Below are positions 26,741 through 40,337 of a stretch of DNA of 64,000 nucleotides, one piece after another (the first letter of the stretch is position 1; every line of letters begins with the position of its first letter). The translations under genes and the position numbers were made by a program. The notes under the pieces are model-generated. The model did no database searches and was not told the DNA's origin. It was given only the letters and a program-made list of their open reading frames with translations. The stretch lies in NCBI RefSeq assembly GCF_009914755.1, contig NC_060941.1; one strand, 5' to 3'. This stretch comes from the human T2T-CHM13v2.0 reference genome, Homo sapiens.

Positions 26741-29700
26741 GGTGACTACTATTAATTTCACTTTATAGATAAGAGAATTAAGACTCAGGTCAAGTGGCCA
26801 AAGACTGCAAAGATTCACAGCTAATAAGTAGGAAACCCAAGTCTTTTACTCATATCTCCTGACTCTAACTGGTGTTTCATTTCCAATATATTGGACTTTT
26901 TCCTACAATGGTTCTCAAGCTCAAGCTGCCCTCATCAGTAATCTTTACAGCATCCTGAACCTCAGGACCTTTTAGATAAGGGCACAGTCAAAAAATTTAT
27001 AGATGTAGACAAAAGAAGACATGAATGATTTTACATTAACTGAAAGCAACATAATTTTTTTTAATTAGTCATCAAAACCATCACTCTAATTCTGGAGTTC
27101 TTGTTTGGTACCTGATACCCTCTCAGGCAGAGATGTATTCTCAGTCTCAACTCCTCAATGCTGCCGAGCTCGAAATAAGCCCTTCTTGTTCAGGTGCAAA
27201 TGTGTTTCACTGGGCTACATGTAACTCTCTTCAGCCTATTTGTTTTTAATTCAATCAGTTAAAACAGCCACAATTTCTCCTGTCCATATGCCACATTGCA
27301 GTAAGTTAATGTTTGCTTAATGAAATGTAAATGCTCCTGAGGCTTGATTTTCTCACTAATATAGCTGGAGGAGATGGTGAATATGTAGCATGATTCATTC
27401 TCTCTCTCTCTCTTTCTTTAAGAATTAAATGTACTTTGAAGTTGCAAATGTCACAGAAAACTCCCACTTTTCCTTGATGCTGAAGATAAATCACTGAAGG
27501 AACAATGAGAATGGATAATCAGCCTTGGTTGTAGTTGTATTTGACAGACTGAGTTTGAGCATCTGACAAATGCGTGAAACACTGTGACTCCCCTTTCAAA
27601 CTAAGAGAAGACTATGCTAGCTAGCAGGGCAGCCCAGACAGAAGGTGCCTGTTGCTGTCCTTTTAATCCTCTCTGAGCAAAATCTTGTACTTTTCTCCCA
27701 AATAGTGAAGGAAGTGAATAAGCCATTGACCTTTTAATTCCATTCAACGCCTTTGCTGTGCTGCAAGGTGCATCCAGTAGGTTTCACAATGCAGAAGAAT
27801 GACATTGAGTATTTGGCATATGCAGTCCTTGAGAAAGCTCCTCTGAGCTTAGAAAGCTCCTCTACTCCTTAGAAAGTAGCCAGAGCAGCCCATTCAGACT
27901 CTGCTCTATCTGATTTCATAGGAGTTCAGAGTCTGGGACAAAATGAAGAAAGGGAATTTGGACAGGAGTCTGAAGACAGAAGAACTAGGCCAGAAATAAA
28001 AGGGTCACACCAATGTCTGTGAAGAGAAGATGGGAATAATAGAGATGAGGCTACAATTTAAAAAGATGAATCAGTCAAGGCTTCTTAAAAGTGTTCCTAC
28101 AACCTCTTCAACTTTCTTTTTGTTTTTCCTCCTCTGTTCTTCTTTCTTCTCCAATTCATTAAATGCCTCTTTGCTGCTATATGCCTTAGGTCAGACGCTC
28201 CTGACATTTGTACAGCAAACTTCATCTGACATTTTTAGAAGAAAGGGGACAAAGTTTTTATTTTCAGCTGAGAGTAATTTTAATGGGTAAAGTGGCATTT
28301 ACAGTCAACGTTTAACTGATAGTGCAGATGGCCTTTATAATTGCTGGGTCTTATTACACAGTTATGCGTCTTTATTATTATGCTTGAATGTGCAAATAGA
28401 ATTAACTTCCTTGCTTCTCTTGGTATTTCAAATTCTCACTGTGATTAATTACAAAGAATTCTCTCCTTAATACTAAGGATCTGATTCCATGAAGTTGTGG
28501 AGATAAACCAAGGAGACTTTTCCATTTGTAAAATGGAGGAGGTATTTCTTATGGCAGTAGAAAGCTGAGCAATTTGGCAGGAGACTGGGTCATAAGCCAC
28601 CCACTCAAGTATCATCTAAGGAACACTTAGGCTGTGAAATAAATGGAGAAAAGGACCTGGAAAATACGGAAGGCTTCTTTAGAGATTTATTCATTTAGCA
28701 GTTAGCCAAGGGTAGAGGACCCTTTTGGAAATTTGGTCTTGGGGGCCTAAAATTTAACTTAAGCCTGGATTCAAATGCCAAACAGAAGTATTCCTAGAAG
28801 AATTGACAAAAAACAAAAAAATCTCATTTTGACTGGCACTCAGGAGAGAAAAATAAATGAGGGTGGAAGGAGGAGAGTTTTCTTTATGGCTTGACTGACC
28901 ACCAAAGCTATCCAGATTCCTCACCCAAATCACCACCCACTGAGTGGGGCCACCTAGGGTAATTAAAGGATCAAATGCTCCTGTGCTATACTGTAAGCAT
29001 TTAAAAAGCACCAGTCCCACTAATAGAAACATCTTGTTGGCTTTCTCTGAAGAAAACCTGAATAGAGAATAGAATTCTATTAATGAGTGAGGCACATCTA
29101 CATTAGTTCCTTTTTAAAAAAGAAAACATTCCTGATAAATAACACACGTTTAAAGCAGATTTCAGCACACTCTCTGGAAAGAGAGATCACATATATTGAC
29201 TCTGAAATATCAGACCATATGTCCAATACAAACCAAGACTAGCTGGGTTGAAATAAAGCATTTTTTTCTTTGTGGCAGAGAAGTTCTTCTATGTGTTAAG
29301 TGCTCTATGGCTTCTTGACATCATAACATGTTAGAGCTAGAAGTGACTTTCAACGTCATCTAGCATGACCCCCTCACTTAGAGGAGAAAACTGAAGGTGT
29401 TTTTAAAAAAGAAAAAAGCCAGAAGAACCTTCAAGAACATTCCAGTTGCTGTCCAGAAACATTGCAAATCAACCTTTTTAGATGCTTTAGCAAAAGGGAA
29501 AACTCCAGCTTGCCTTCATCTTTGACTCATAGGAAAGGTGTAAATCCCACCCACGTAGTTAAAGCTTTCTTGCTGGACTCCCGCTTATTTTGAATTTAAC
29601 AAAGGCTAAAAAGCCCATTGTGAAATGTTTGTTTGGAGGGCCAGAATCTAAACTTGCATTCCTTGTCATGGTCATTTTTTTAAAAGAAGATGACAGATTA

Positions 29701-32139
29701 GAGTAACAGAAGGGGAGAGACTCCAGCAATGCTAGACATAAGAGACCATCAGAAGAGGATGCTCTTTCTTTCTGGCTTGCTGTTGTTATTTTTATTTTCC
29801 ACATACTCCTAAGGGTATCGGGTTTATCACCATGGCTGGGATGGGGCTTGGAATGTGGTGGACAATATGACAACAATTTCCTTCCTGGTGTGTCCCTGAA
29901 TGGCCAGTGCAGTCAACACATAATCAGACAATCTACAGCTGCACTGTTGCTGTTGACAACTTCATTATGCCTGTGATATTCAGCTGGGTAATTCATTTCT
30001 CCAGCTTGGCAATATCTCCTGATATGCCTAAATGGGTTCAATGTAATTTTGTAAGCTTTTGAAGATGCTTACCCTTCCCTTGTGAGACACGATACACATT
30101 GTCTCCCCTTGTGCTTAGCTTTGTCCTAATATGGGAAACAATGATAACCACCACCAGGAAATAGCATTGCCTTGTTCAGCTCTTTAGTGCAGATTGAGTC
30201 TCCAGACCACAAAGGCAGGAAATATTAGTGATTGGAATGACACAGTAGGTCACTTAATGTCCCTTGTAACTGCCTTTTTTTAAATTTTATTTTTATTTTT
30301 TGGCCTGCCTCTGCAATTAACCTTCATATAACCAGGGCATTTTTCTACAAAACCAGATGGCCTTGCCAAGGATGTAAAAATAGATAATTAATGGTTCTGG
30401 GGGGGGTGTGCTGGCCTTTGGCATGATACCTCTACCCTCACCAATACTGTCCTGAAATGGAAGAAGCAGATAAGAAAGTAGAAATATGAGCATGCATAGC
30501 ATCCAACACCAAAGCTGCCCTTTTCCTTAAACTGGGAAAAAGTATAAAATGCATTCCTCTGAGTTCTCTTTAATTCTTTTCAATTAAACCTATATGTATT
30601 GAAAATTATCTACCATGCACAGGGCCCCAGTCCAAGAGCTGAGAGGGAAATTCAAAAATCAATGAGGCCCGGGTCCTGCCCTCATGGAGATTTCAATCCA
30701 GTAAGGGAATTACATAGAGCCCCAAGTAACTCTAATGAAGTTAGGCTGTGCTGAGAGTTTTAACATCGTTATAAATACTACAAGGAGAGAGGAGAAAGAC
30801 ATTCATTCCATCGGGAACATGAAAGAGAGGTAAATAGTCTGTCTTCAGGGCCACCTTCCTTATTCCACCAGCCAATCTGTATTCTTTTAAGAAAATCTGG
30901 TCTGCTGAGAATCTTATTGGAGTCAACGTCTTAGTTCTGAGTTAGGACTACTCATCCTATCTGATTTCCAAGTGCTTGTTTGTCGTCATTGATAATGATC
31001 TGTTCCCAAGTATCTCAAATGAAAATGGAGAAGATAGCATAAAGATAGGTCAAAGAGTCTTTCAGGTTATTCTTTTATCTTTTTATCTACCTGTTTTCTT
31101 GACTTTATAAAGCTAAATTCTCCTAAGTGGACTCCTGTTGGCAAGTAGAAAATAGAGACTGAATCTGTGACTTTTAACTGCAGATATTTCAATATTAAGA
31201 TTTTCTTTACAAAAAAAATGAGGAGGAAGAAAAAACATAGACAAAGGAGGAAGAAGAGGAGGAGGGGTCTGCCTAAAATTGAGTAGTCATTTATCCTTCA
31301 GTATTTTGACTAATCAACGAAACCGTTTTGACTTGTCTATTGAATAGTCACCTCATGGATTCCAGCTTCCGTGCCTACTGGTGAAGATTCATATGATTTG
31401 ATGGGTAGCTGTACACATACATAGGGTTTTGAAAAAGCTGAAACCCTGAAGTCTGATAAATGTTCTATTTTTTAATCTAGACAAACATTGGTTTATGAGT
31501 TATCAAATCCTAGAGTATTAACTATTTCATTTTCAAATTGTTTGAGAATTCTGCACAACATCCTTAAAGTAAACCAGGGCACAAAAATCATCTTTGGCTT
31601 TGAATCACCAATAAAAGACTTCCCCAGAGGAACGGCCAAAATGAGTGTTGTAAATGGAGAGGGATCCCAACATCTCTGCCATGGATAACAGTCCTCTACC
31701 ACAACCGCACTACAGTCCAGATATCCCTATACAAAGGCATGATTGAGGTCCAATTAGCCACCAACCTATTACACACTTTATTCATTATGACCAAATCTAG
31801 TGCATCAAAGAATACAGATGGCCTAGGGATTGGTCATAAGAAGCAACCTGTGCTGGCTCCTTTTAAAGAGAGTTAGGTGAATACTGCCACCTATTGATAG
31901 GTGAAATTTATGCTACAAATTCCTACTGATGTGCTAATGCTTATCAGAGCTGATCTCATTTCTCAGTTGGCCAAAGCATTTTATCAGCCCGAACTTCATA
32001 ATTATTTACATGTTTTTGATGAAAAATAATTATGTTACATTAATGTAAAACAACTAACGAAATGTATTATATTTCTTATTATATTATTATACATATTATG
32101 TATTATTTCTTATTTCTTGGCAAAGGAATGAAGTGGAAA

Positions 32140-32335
32140 TACCACAAACTTTGCAGAGACCTGGGTCTGAGTCTCAGCTCAGTCCCTAAATGCACATAAA
32201 CAAGCTGATTAATCTCTCTGAACCTGAGTTTCCTCATCGATAAAAAGTGGGTAATCCTACTTTGTAGAGTGTGAGAATTCAGAGATACCATTGCATGGCA
32301 CATAGAAGGTATTTGATAAATGGCAGCATTTATTT
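32140..32335 (+). mobile_element. MIR SINE
   Basis: ctctctgaacctgagtttcctcatcgataaaaagtggg. Confidence 0.65.
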
Positions 32336-33428
32336 TTCCACTGAGCTATTAAAAGTAACTATTTTGATGCAATGATTGGTAATATGACAAACCACATCAT
32401 GTATCAGACTCTGGTGAACTCTTCCACATGGTTCAATTATCCTTTGGCAATGCTACTTGTCTAGTATAGTATCTTTGACATCCAAAATTAAGACAGTGTG
32501 AACATAAATATTATAACCTGAAGTGTGCCAATTGAGAAAATAAGGATAAATGGGCTTCATTACCAAATGTCTCCTGACTGCCCTAGAGGATATATGGGGC
32601 CGAGCAGATAAAGAATTATGATAAAATGTTGGAACTGCATATAAATGGGGCTTTGTGACCTGCTGGATAAGGTTGAGACTTAGAGCCAGACCCAGGAGGC
32701 TCACATTCCTTCCTCGGCATGGTGTGGGGGATCCTGGGCTCATACAGACAATAGGGGATTCATAGCTTGAGAATTCTAATGATGACTGAAAGGAGGGTGG
32801 CAGCCAGGACAAGAAGGCTTTTCAGAAGCATGGACTCCGATTATCACGTCGGTGCTACAGCCCGGTGAGAGGCTGCTGAGAGGACGGATGAAGCTGTTCT
32901 TGGAAAGCTTTCAGTGAAGTGTTTGTAACCTCCTTTAAGAGAATCCCGTTTCTCAAAAATGTGGCACTGGAAAATCCCACATGATTAGTTCAGATAAACA
33001 CTCTGTCATCGGATTGCACTACGAGGAATATGGGCCATCTCTTTTCGAAGAGTCTTTTTGAATGCAATGTGTCTCGTCTCCAAGACTTAGAGAAAAATTC
33101 TAAAAGAGGCTTTCTCAGGATATTTTGAGACCGTTACTTTTAGTCTGAAAGGTCAATTGGTGCTTAAAACAAAATAATCAAGAACTAGCATGCCCGTGAG
33201 CAGTCTGCATCTTTTCTTTAGGAAAAAAAAAAAAAAAAAAGTCTGCTTTGGATTGAATAGCCAATGCACTCCCCCACCCCTTTTCTTTTTTCTTTGGGGA
33301 TTAGAAATTGAGAGGGAGGAGGAAGAAGAGTTTCACATTCATTACTAACAACTTCGCACATAATAAGCATATTCAGATACACCCTGGGGTGTTAGTTTTC
33401 TTTTCCTATTTTTTTGTCTCCTTTTTAG

Positions 33429-33437
33429 CAGCTTTCG
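33429..33437 (+). CDS. ANKFN1: Candidate ANKFN1 microexon (9 nt CAGCTTTCG, or 6 nt CTTTCG via NAGNAG acceptor)
   Basis: ~30-nt pyrimidine tract, then TAG|CAG|CTTTCG|GTAAGT with a perfect donor hexamer. TACTAAC at 33343-33349. Both lengths are multiples of 3 and stop-free in the phase-2 frame. No transcript evidence is available here. Confidence 0.55.
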
Positions 33438-33909
33438 GTAAGTAGCACATTTTATTTTTAAAAAAAGAATCGGAGCCGTTATTGAGCAGCCTCGCCCTAA
33501 GGAAGGTCAAGAGATTAGGGAACGGAAGTAGGCTGGCCAGGCTCTTTGCTGACCACAGTAAGGGAATGCCACTTTCTTATAATTTAATTTTGAGATCCTG
33601 ATGAAAAGGCACTCCCTAAGAAAAAAAAAAAAAAATCTTCGCTGAAAAAAAAGTGAAAAATTGTTAGAAAATAGCCATCAAAAAGTGATCAATTTAAATT
33701 TATGTCTAACAAACAAACCACATGGAACTAACCACAGGGCAGACATGCATTTGCAGCGATATATGGACATTCTCAAAATATGGTCAGGATTTTGCAGGGG
33801 AAAGTGGACATTACTGGCTTCTGATGTTGGTGGGCTTTGGCCTAATTTTGCAAGTATTCTGAAATTCTATACATCATATGTCACAAATCAGAGGAGAGTA
33901 TACTAAAAG

Positions 33910-34075
33910 AGACCTTTGAATTTAACTGGTCCAATGCTCTCATTTCACAGGTGAGAATAATGAAGCCTAATGATAAAAAGTAACTTGCCCAAGATCACAC
34001 AGCTGGTGAGGGGCAGCTCAAGGACTGAAGTTCAAACTCCCGTTTCCCAGACCCAGGTTCTTTCCAATGAGCTAA
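33910..34075 (-). mobile_element. MIR SINE
   Basis: aagtaacttgcccaagatcacacagctggtgag. Confidence 0.65.
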
Positions 34076-34329
34076 ACAACTGTAGTGGGAAACCGCAGAC
34101 TCTCACATTTCATGGAAACCCTGTACCCATGCCCCCTGGAAATGGCCCTCAATGTTGCTAGAGGCAGCTCATCTGTCACAGCCTGGGCTAAAATCTTTAC
34201 CTGGTGCTAAATGGGTTCTTCAAAGCATTCTATGAATGTCTAGGCACATTGACATGACTCCAAGGACTCAGCTTCTGTTCTTTTCTCTGTCTTAAAAAAA
34301 AGAGCACAGACCACAACCTGCATGCCATA

Positions 34330-35030
34330 ATTATCTCTAGGTGTATGTACTGGAATAAATTAATGTCATCATCATCCGCCATCATGTAGGCTAAAACTTT
34401 AAGTCACCTTCAACGTGTCTCTCTCTCTCATCCTCCCCATCCCCCACCTATACTATTGACAATCCTGTAAGTTCTATCTCCAAATATAAGACTTTCATCT
34501 CCTAATTTACATCTTCACGGGCCTTCACACCATCAGTGTCTTCCTGCTTCTGGGTTCTCACCACTATCCACAATGGCCAGGCCAGGTGGATCCTAATCAA
34601 CTGTTCTGGCATTCTCCTGCTCAGCTCACTGTCACCTATGGCATAACATCCAAACTCTTTAACATGGTGTTCGAGCTCTCCCCAATTTAGCTCCTGCTTA
34701 CTTTTTGAGACCAATTCCATCAGCTCTTCCCTGCATTATTCACTCCAGTACACTGGACTACTTGTCATTCCCTAACAGCCCCGGAACTCTATGCCTTGAC
34801 ACTATGCCGTGACGCCGAACCTGTTTCTTCTTTTCAACCTGTAGAGAGATCTTCATTCCTCCAGTTCCAGTTCAAACGCCACCTTCTCTGTGAACATTTT
34901 CTATGTGTTACAGAAAGAAGTAATAATTCTATGTTCCCTTAGCACATTGCTCATACTTTTTTATGGCATTTACTTAATTCTGCCTTTTATTGTAATTGGT
35001 TGCATATCTCATGCTAAGTATATCTCTTTT
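34330..35030 (+). mobile_element. L2 fragment
   Basis: Pyrimidine-rich L2-like body (aatcctgtaagttctatctccaaatata; tccaaactctttaacatgg). Confidence 0.55.
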
Positions 35031-35864
35031 ATCTTTGAAAAGATGCCCTGTTCATCTTTGAATGGGAGCAATGCGCCCTCCCAACCACATTGCTTCATTT
35101 AATATCTGCATATAATAAATGATTTTCTTTCTTAATTTTACTGAGCACTTACTAGGGCTGGAGGTGTAGTGGCTGAAGGAGAAAGATGCAAAATAAAACA
35201 CAATCCTTGTATTTAAAGGAGCTTTTAATTGAATCAGTGAGACACATTCGCAAATATCCTAAGCAAGTTAAATAACTGTGGGGGTGGAATTGGGTGGAGG
35301 GGAAGTTCTGAGTGTGGAACAAACATTCTCAGTGTTCCAAATGAGAACATTAGTATTATGACATGGAGGGTGGAGTAATGGGGGAGGAGTAGAAGGAAAG
35401 AAAGGGCAAAGCTGCCTTTAGATCCCATCTCGTGCTGTAGTCATTATTAGAGTCTTCTCTAGGTCTGGCTAATCTCACTTATACTTCTCTCAGAACCAGA
35501 GAAATCTTCCTAAAACAAGACTGTGATCATTTAACTCCCTGTTCAAGTGTTTGATGTTCAATGAATCAAGCATCAAATAATTGCAGGCTTATGCTAAGAG
35601 TTATAGAGCACCAGTCTGCAGAGACGAGACGAACTCCAGGAAACAGCCAGAGAACAAAAAGGAAGAACATCCTGTAAAAGTGCTAGGAAGTGGGAGACAA
35701 AGTAAGAGTGTGATCAATATGGGCTGAGATTAATCCAGAAGGATTAATTGGAGGAGGCAAGCCTTCTGTGGATGGTCACTTGGCAAGAAAGATTAGACAT
35801 ACCAAGAGAACTTTAAGGTTCCTTTCAATTCTGAGACCCCATTTCCCATTATTACTTGAGGTGA

Positions 35865-36400
35865 TTTATGTATTCATTCAATAAATACATGCTAAGCACT
35901 TCAACAAAACATCAAATATTTATTGAATGCCTTCTATGTGCCAGGAACTCTGCTAAACCCTGGACATACAGCAGAGAATAAGAGACTTTGCACTTAAACT
36001 CTTACAATATAATGGGGATGACTGATGCTAAACAATGAAGTGCAATAAAATATAAGGGATATAATGATGGCAGAGTATAAGGTGTCGTGCTTTCAGACCA
36101 CAGAGCAGGGACCCTAACAGCCTAGGGGCTAGAAAAATATCTCTGAGAGTTGATGTTTAAGCCAAGATTCCAAGGCTGTACGGGAGTTAGCCAGACATAG
36201 GAAACTGAGCATCCAGGCAGAAGAACACCCATCATATTTGATGATCTGGTATTCAGAAAGAATATAGCATGTCCAAGGAACTAAGAGATATTCAAAATAG
36301 CTACAGCATGGAATGCAAATAGAAAGGTGGTGAGAAATTTGGCTAGAGAGATAGGAAGAGCCAGAATATGGGAAATTTTTCTAGGGTATGTCAGGGAGTT
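35865..36400 (-). mobile_element. L2 3' fragment
   Basis: caaatatttattgaatgccttctatgtgccaggaactctgctaaaccctgg. Confidence 0.65.
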
Positions 36401-37420
36401 TATACTTCATCAATAGGCTCTAAGTAACGTTAAAGTATGTAGCACAATGAATCTAACCTACTAAATACTTACTAAATGTCTATTGAAGAGTAGACTAATG
36501 AATACATGGATGAATTAATGAATTTCCTTTGCAATAAACATGGGCTTTTTGACTCAACTTGAGTATTTGCTCTAGAAAGTGTTGCTACTATTATCAGTGG
36601 CACTCTCCCCTTAGGTCTGCATGGCACGTGTAACTCATGACCCCTGTGAGGCAACCCCCTAACCTTAGTAGAGTTACTCAGTCACCTAGCTTACCACAGC
36701 AGATGTAATTCAAGTAAGTCTGCATTCAAGCCAAAATTTTTCTAGATGAAAGGGTAAAGTTTTACCTGGCAATCATTTTGGCCTAAGGTGTGCAAGAGAA
36801 GCCGGACTCTTTCTTAATCCTTGATGAAAAACATAGCCCTCTAAACCTCAAGGGCATGAATATTCCTAAATTAGATTATTCATAGCAACACTTCCATGGA
36901 CAAATAAATCCAAGGATAGAAAGTGATAGTAAATGTTCGAAGGAGAGATTTTGCCTTTTTAATAAGAAAAGAAAAAGTAAGACAATTGTTAAAAGCTAAA
37001 CCAAGCTCTTCCTTTGGCCACCCAGGTTTTATGAGTCACTGAGCCCTGCCTCAGATCGGAACTCCAGAACAGACACCTGTTGGGGGTGAGCGAGCTATCA
37101 GGGGGAGATAATGTCTCTAGAAAGGGGGAGAGTTTCATGAATACAAGATGTCATTTCCAGGATTCTAAGCAATTACCAGGCCAAAGATTAACTCTCCACC
37201 CTCTTGTTTATGATCAAGAGACTTTCTCCTGACTTGCTACAGAGTCTCATTCAAAATTTGAGAGTTTATTTGGCTCCAGGTATAAATAACAGACTAGTCA
37301 GTGCCTAGCAGAAGAGTCCAAAATTACTCCTGAAGTCATCACAGCAGCTAAACATTCATTTGGCAGAGAAAGAATCAGAACAGAGCTTTAGAAAGATTCT
37401 TAATGCTGTTGCTAGTGTCG

Positions 37421-37421
<1 letters not shown>

Positions 37422-37451
<30 letters not shown>
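37422..37451. repeat. (TG)n microsatellite
   Basis: About 15 TG units. Confidence 0.9.
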
Positions 37452-37452
<1 letters not shown>

Positions 37453-38379
37453 ACGTGTGCAGTATTCATATGTGCTATCAATCGGCAAGTCCCACCCCTC
37501 AACATAATAAACAGCCTGTGAAGGTCATTTGCCATTTTATTTCAGTGAGAGCCATTAAAAATGCCTACATATGCAGCTTTCTAGGAAATCTATTTGTGTC
37601 TTTCATTAGTCATGTAAAGCACAATGCTGTGAAAGGAGCCGGGTATACCCATATGTGTCTGGCATAGAAGCAGCACTGGAATCTTCTTCCTGAGACTGAG
37701 CCTCTTGCTGTCCTAAGTCCCACATCTGCTGACTACTTTCTCAGAACCCGCTCAGACAAAAGCCCATGCACAGCTTCAGCAGCCCTGACTGGATTTAGAG
37801 CTTTCTTAAGATGCCCCCTAGCTCCTGCTAGGAGCTTATAAGGAATTGCGCAGGTGCCCTGTGGTGAAGGGATGTGACGGCCACTTGTGTGCTTCTGGTC
37901 CCAGACGGCTGTGGAAACAAGGCGGTGTCTGGCCCCAGAAGGGCTGTAGATCATTTGCACTCACAGATTGCTGGATGAGCTCTTGGATGCCAGACAATAT
38001 TTCTTTCCCTGCCGGTTGATGTAGTGACCCACTGCCCCTCTGCTCACCCCTGAGTGACAGTCGGTTCGGATTCAGTCTTGTTTACTATGTAGCTAGTTTT
38101 CTCCGCAAGCCGTTTCAAATGGTCCTCACGGATACAATAGGCTAAGCACACACTGAAGTCATGGTATCCTTTCACTACACGCACACAAGCTACAGGAATC
38201 AAGCCTTCCCCAGGCTGCAGTCTAGAGAATACACCTAGCCTCTGAGCCAAGCTGTTTACTTCTCCCTTTCTCTCCCTATGCATCATTTCCTCTTTTATTT
38301 TGCATTAAGAGTATCTTCATGATCATGGACTTCGGCTCTTGCCTGTAGTGATCCTGTTCGCATTTTATTCTTTACACAG

Positions 38380-38514
38380 AATAGGAAGGAGATTCGCTTG
38401 CTTTGCACAGAGGCTGAGCCACAGGAGAAAGCAAAGCCAATGTGATTTATTGAATGAAAGCACTGGACAATTACCAACAACTTGTTCCTCTGCTGCCTCG
38501 AACAGCATAAACTG
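38380..38514 (+). CDS. ANKFN1: ANKFN1 internal coding exon (135 nt, phase 2 to phase 2), N-terminal region
   Basis: Acceptor cattttattctttacacAG|a at 38378-38379 and donor tg|GTAAGT at 38515. Translates as IGRRFACFAQRLSHRRKQSQCDLLNESTGQLPTTCSSAASNSINW, which I recognise as the ANKFN1 N-terminus. Joins in frame (tg|g = Trp) to the exon at 62943. Confidence 0.95.
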
Positions 38515-40337
38515 GTAAGTCAAATTTACTGTTGTCTTTCTTCATGTGAATATGGAGCTTTCTTAATTACTGATTATTTTTAAATGTGTATATGTTGCTG
38601 TGGCTTAAATGATACTTAAAAATCTGCATCTTCCAAAGTTAGCTGCAGGTGGTCCATGAAGAATACACACAAGCACACACACACACAGTGGTCTGCAATT
38701 GTACATACACGTCCCTGTGGAGAGAGAGGATGGGGGTAGGGAAGCCCCATTTCTGATAATTGGGCATTTTGTTTGCAGTAAGCTTAATCACATTAAGTGC
38801 TTGCATAACTGATTAGCATTGGCTATGAAAAATAAATTACTGTTTTGTTGTATAAAATCATTTTCCAGTCAGGTTCCTGAGTACCTAACAAAACACCTGT
38901 TGGGTCAGGTAAAGATGGGTTCCATCATGCTGATAATCCTGAATGCAAACCCAGATATATTACTGTCTTTAATCCAATTTTCAGACTGGGCAAGCAGAGT
39001 GGAATGCCAGCACTCTGTTCATCCTGGGTGAGTGTGCCCATAAATAACATTATGACTGTGATACTGAGGATATCTGCCAAGGGAATCAATGGACATGTAT
39101 TTAAATCCTTGCTTGATCCACCACTACTGTTGCATCTGTGTTATCTAAGTCTTTTCTTTATTTCATAAAGATATGGTTGCTGAGGTGTACTGGGTTCAAA
39201 GTGGGATGTTCTAAGTATCCAGTTACCCGTGCTGATCATTGGCCTGGTCACGGCCATCAGGAGCTCCACTGATAATCAAGACTGAATTTGCTTCTGTACT
39301 GGGCTCCAAAAATCCCCATACTCACTTGGTTTCTTCATTTCCTAAATAAGAGGTAGGCCAACCTCAGCAGATAGAGAAAGTGAATGTAGAAAGATCTTGC
39401 TTTTCTTACCACCATCCCCGCCCCCACCAGTCTCCTTAGTCTTTTGTTTGCCTGGCTACCCCAAGGCTTTATGGCAGCATCAATCCATCTCTGGTGAACT
39501 CAGAGTCCATATAAGTGTCATATAGAGTTTAATGTCTTTGGTGCACTCTATCTGCAGTATATCACTGGCTGTTCAGACAAAGTTGTGGCCTTGGGTGTGA
39601 CAAAGATGAATGATGTCACAACAGTGAGCAGCATGCTTCTCTAAATAAAAACCAAAGTTAGGAAACTGGAGAGATGGGTGAAGTTTTGCCTGGTGGAAAG
39701 GATCTCCAAGCCACTCAATCACAAGAGCCAAGGTCATTCTCCCAGGTGATTTGGCTATTTCACAAATGATGGCATTCTAATAGCAAGGAGACCGAGTTGC
39801 CTACTGGTTACAGGAATGGTGAGATGTCAGGATAGTTGCATATTTGTGCTGGCTCCCAGATTAAAGATGTGTCTTTTGGAAATTTCCTTAGCCTCTGTGG
39901 ATCTCTGTTCTGCCATTCCTTCTATTCCTAATTGTTTCAAAGAAGACATGCTAAACTCAGTTAATGTTTTCATGAGAAACTACTTTAGGTTCTTTTGTTA
40001 AATGATGAACTAAGTATTCAAGATCATTGTTCATGTACTTTAATCCAGAGGTCGTTCATCAGAAATACACAGATGAGGGTTTATGTGAGGATGAGGGGAT
40101 ACATGTCCCTTCCCTCATCTAAGGGATCCAGAACACTCTGAAGGAAGCATGATCACACTTAGGGAATTAGAAGAGGAGAATGGAGCTGAGAAGTGATGTT
40201 AAAAAAATTCAAATTCAAATAAATAGGTCATGTAAATAAAAAGGATTTTAAAAAATATTGATTAGTGATAACTGATTTGCTATACTTACGAGCCCAAGAT
40301 CCCAAAGATCATTAGTATTTTGAAACAAACATGGAAG

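Noticed and set aside
27830-27880. Short tandem repeats (agaaagctcctct twice; similarly 14304-14350, 24076-24110, 42391-42432) as a CRISPR-like or functional array
   Set aside because: Only 2-3 adjacent units without unique spacers; ordinary slippage duplications in a mammalian genome.
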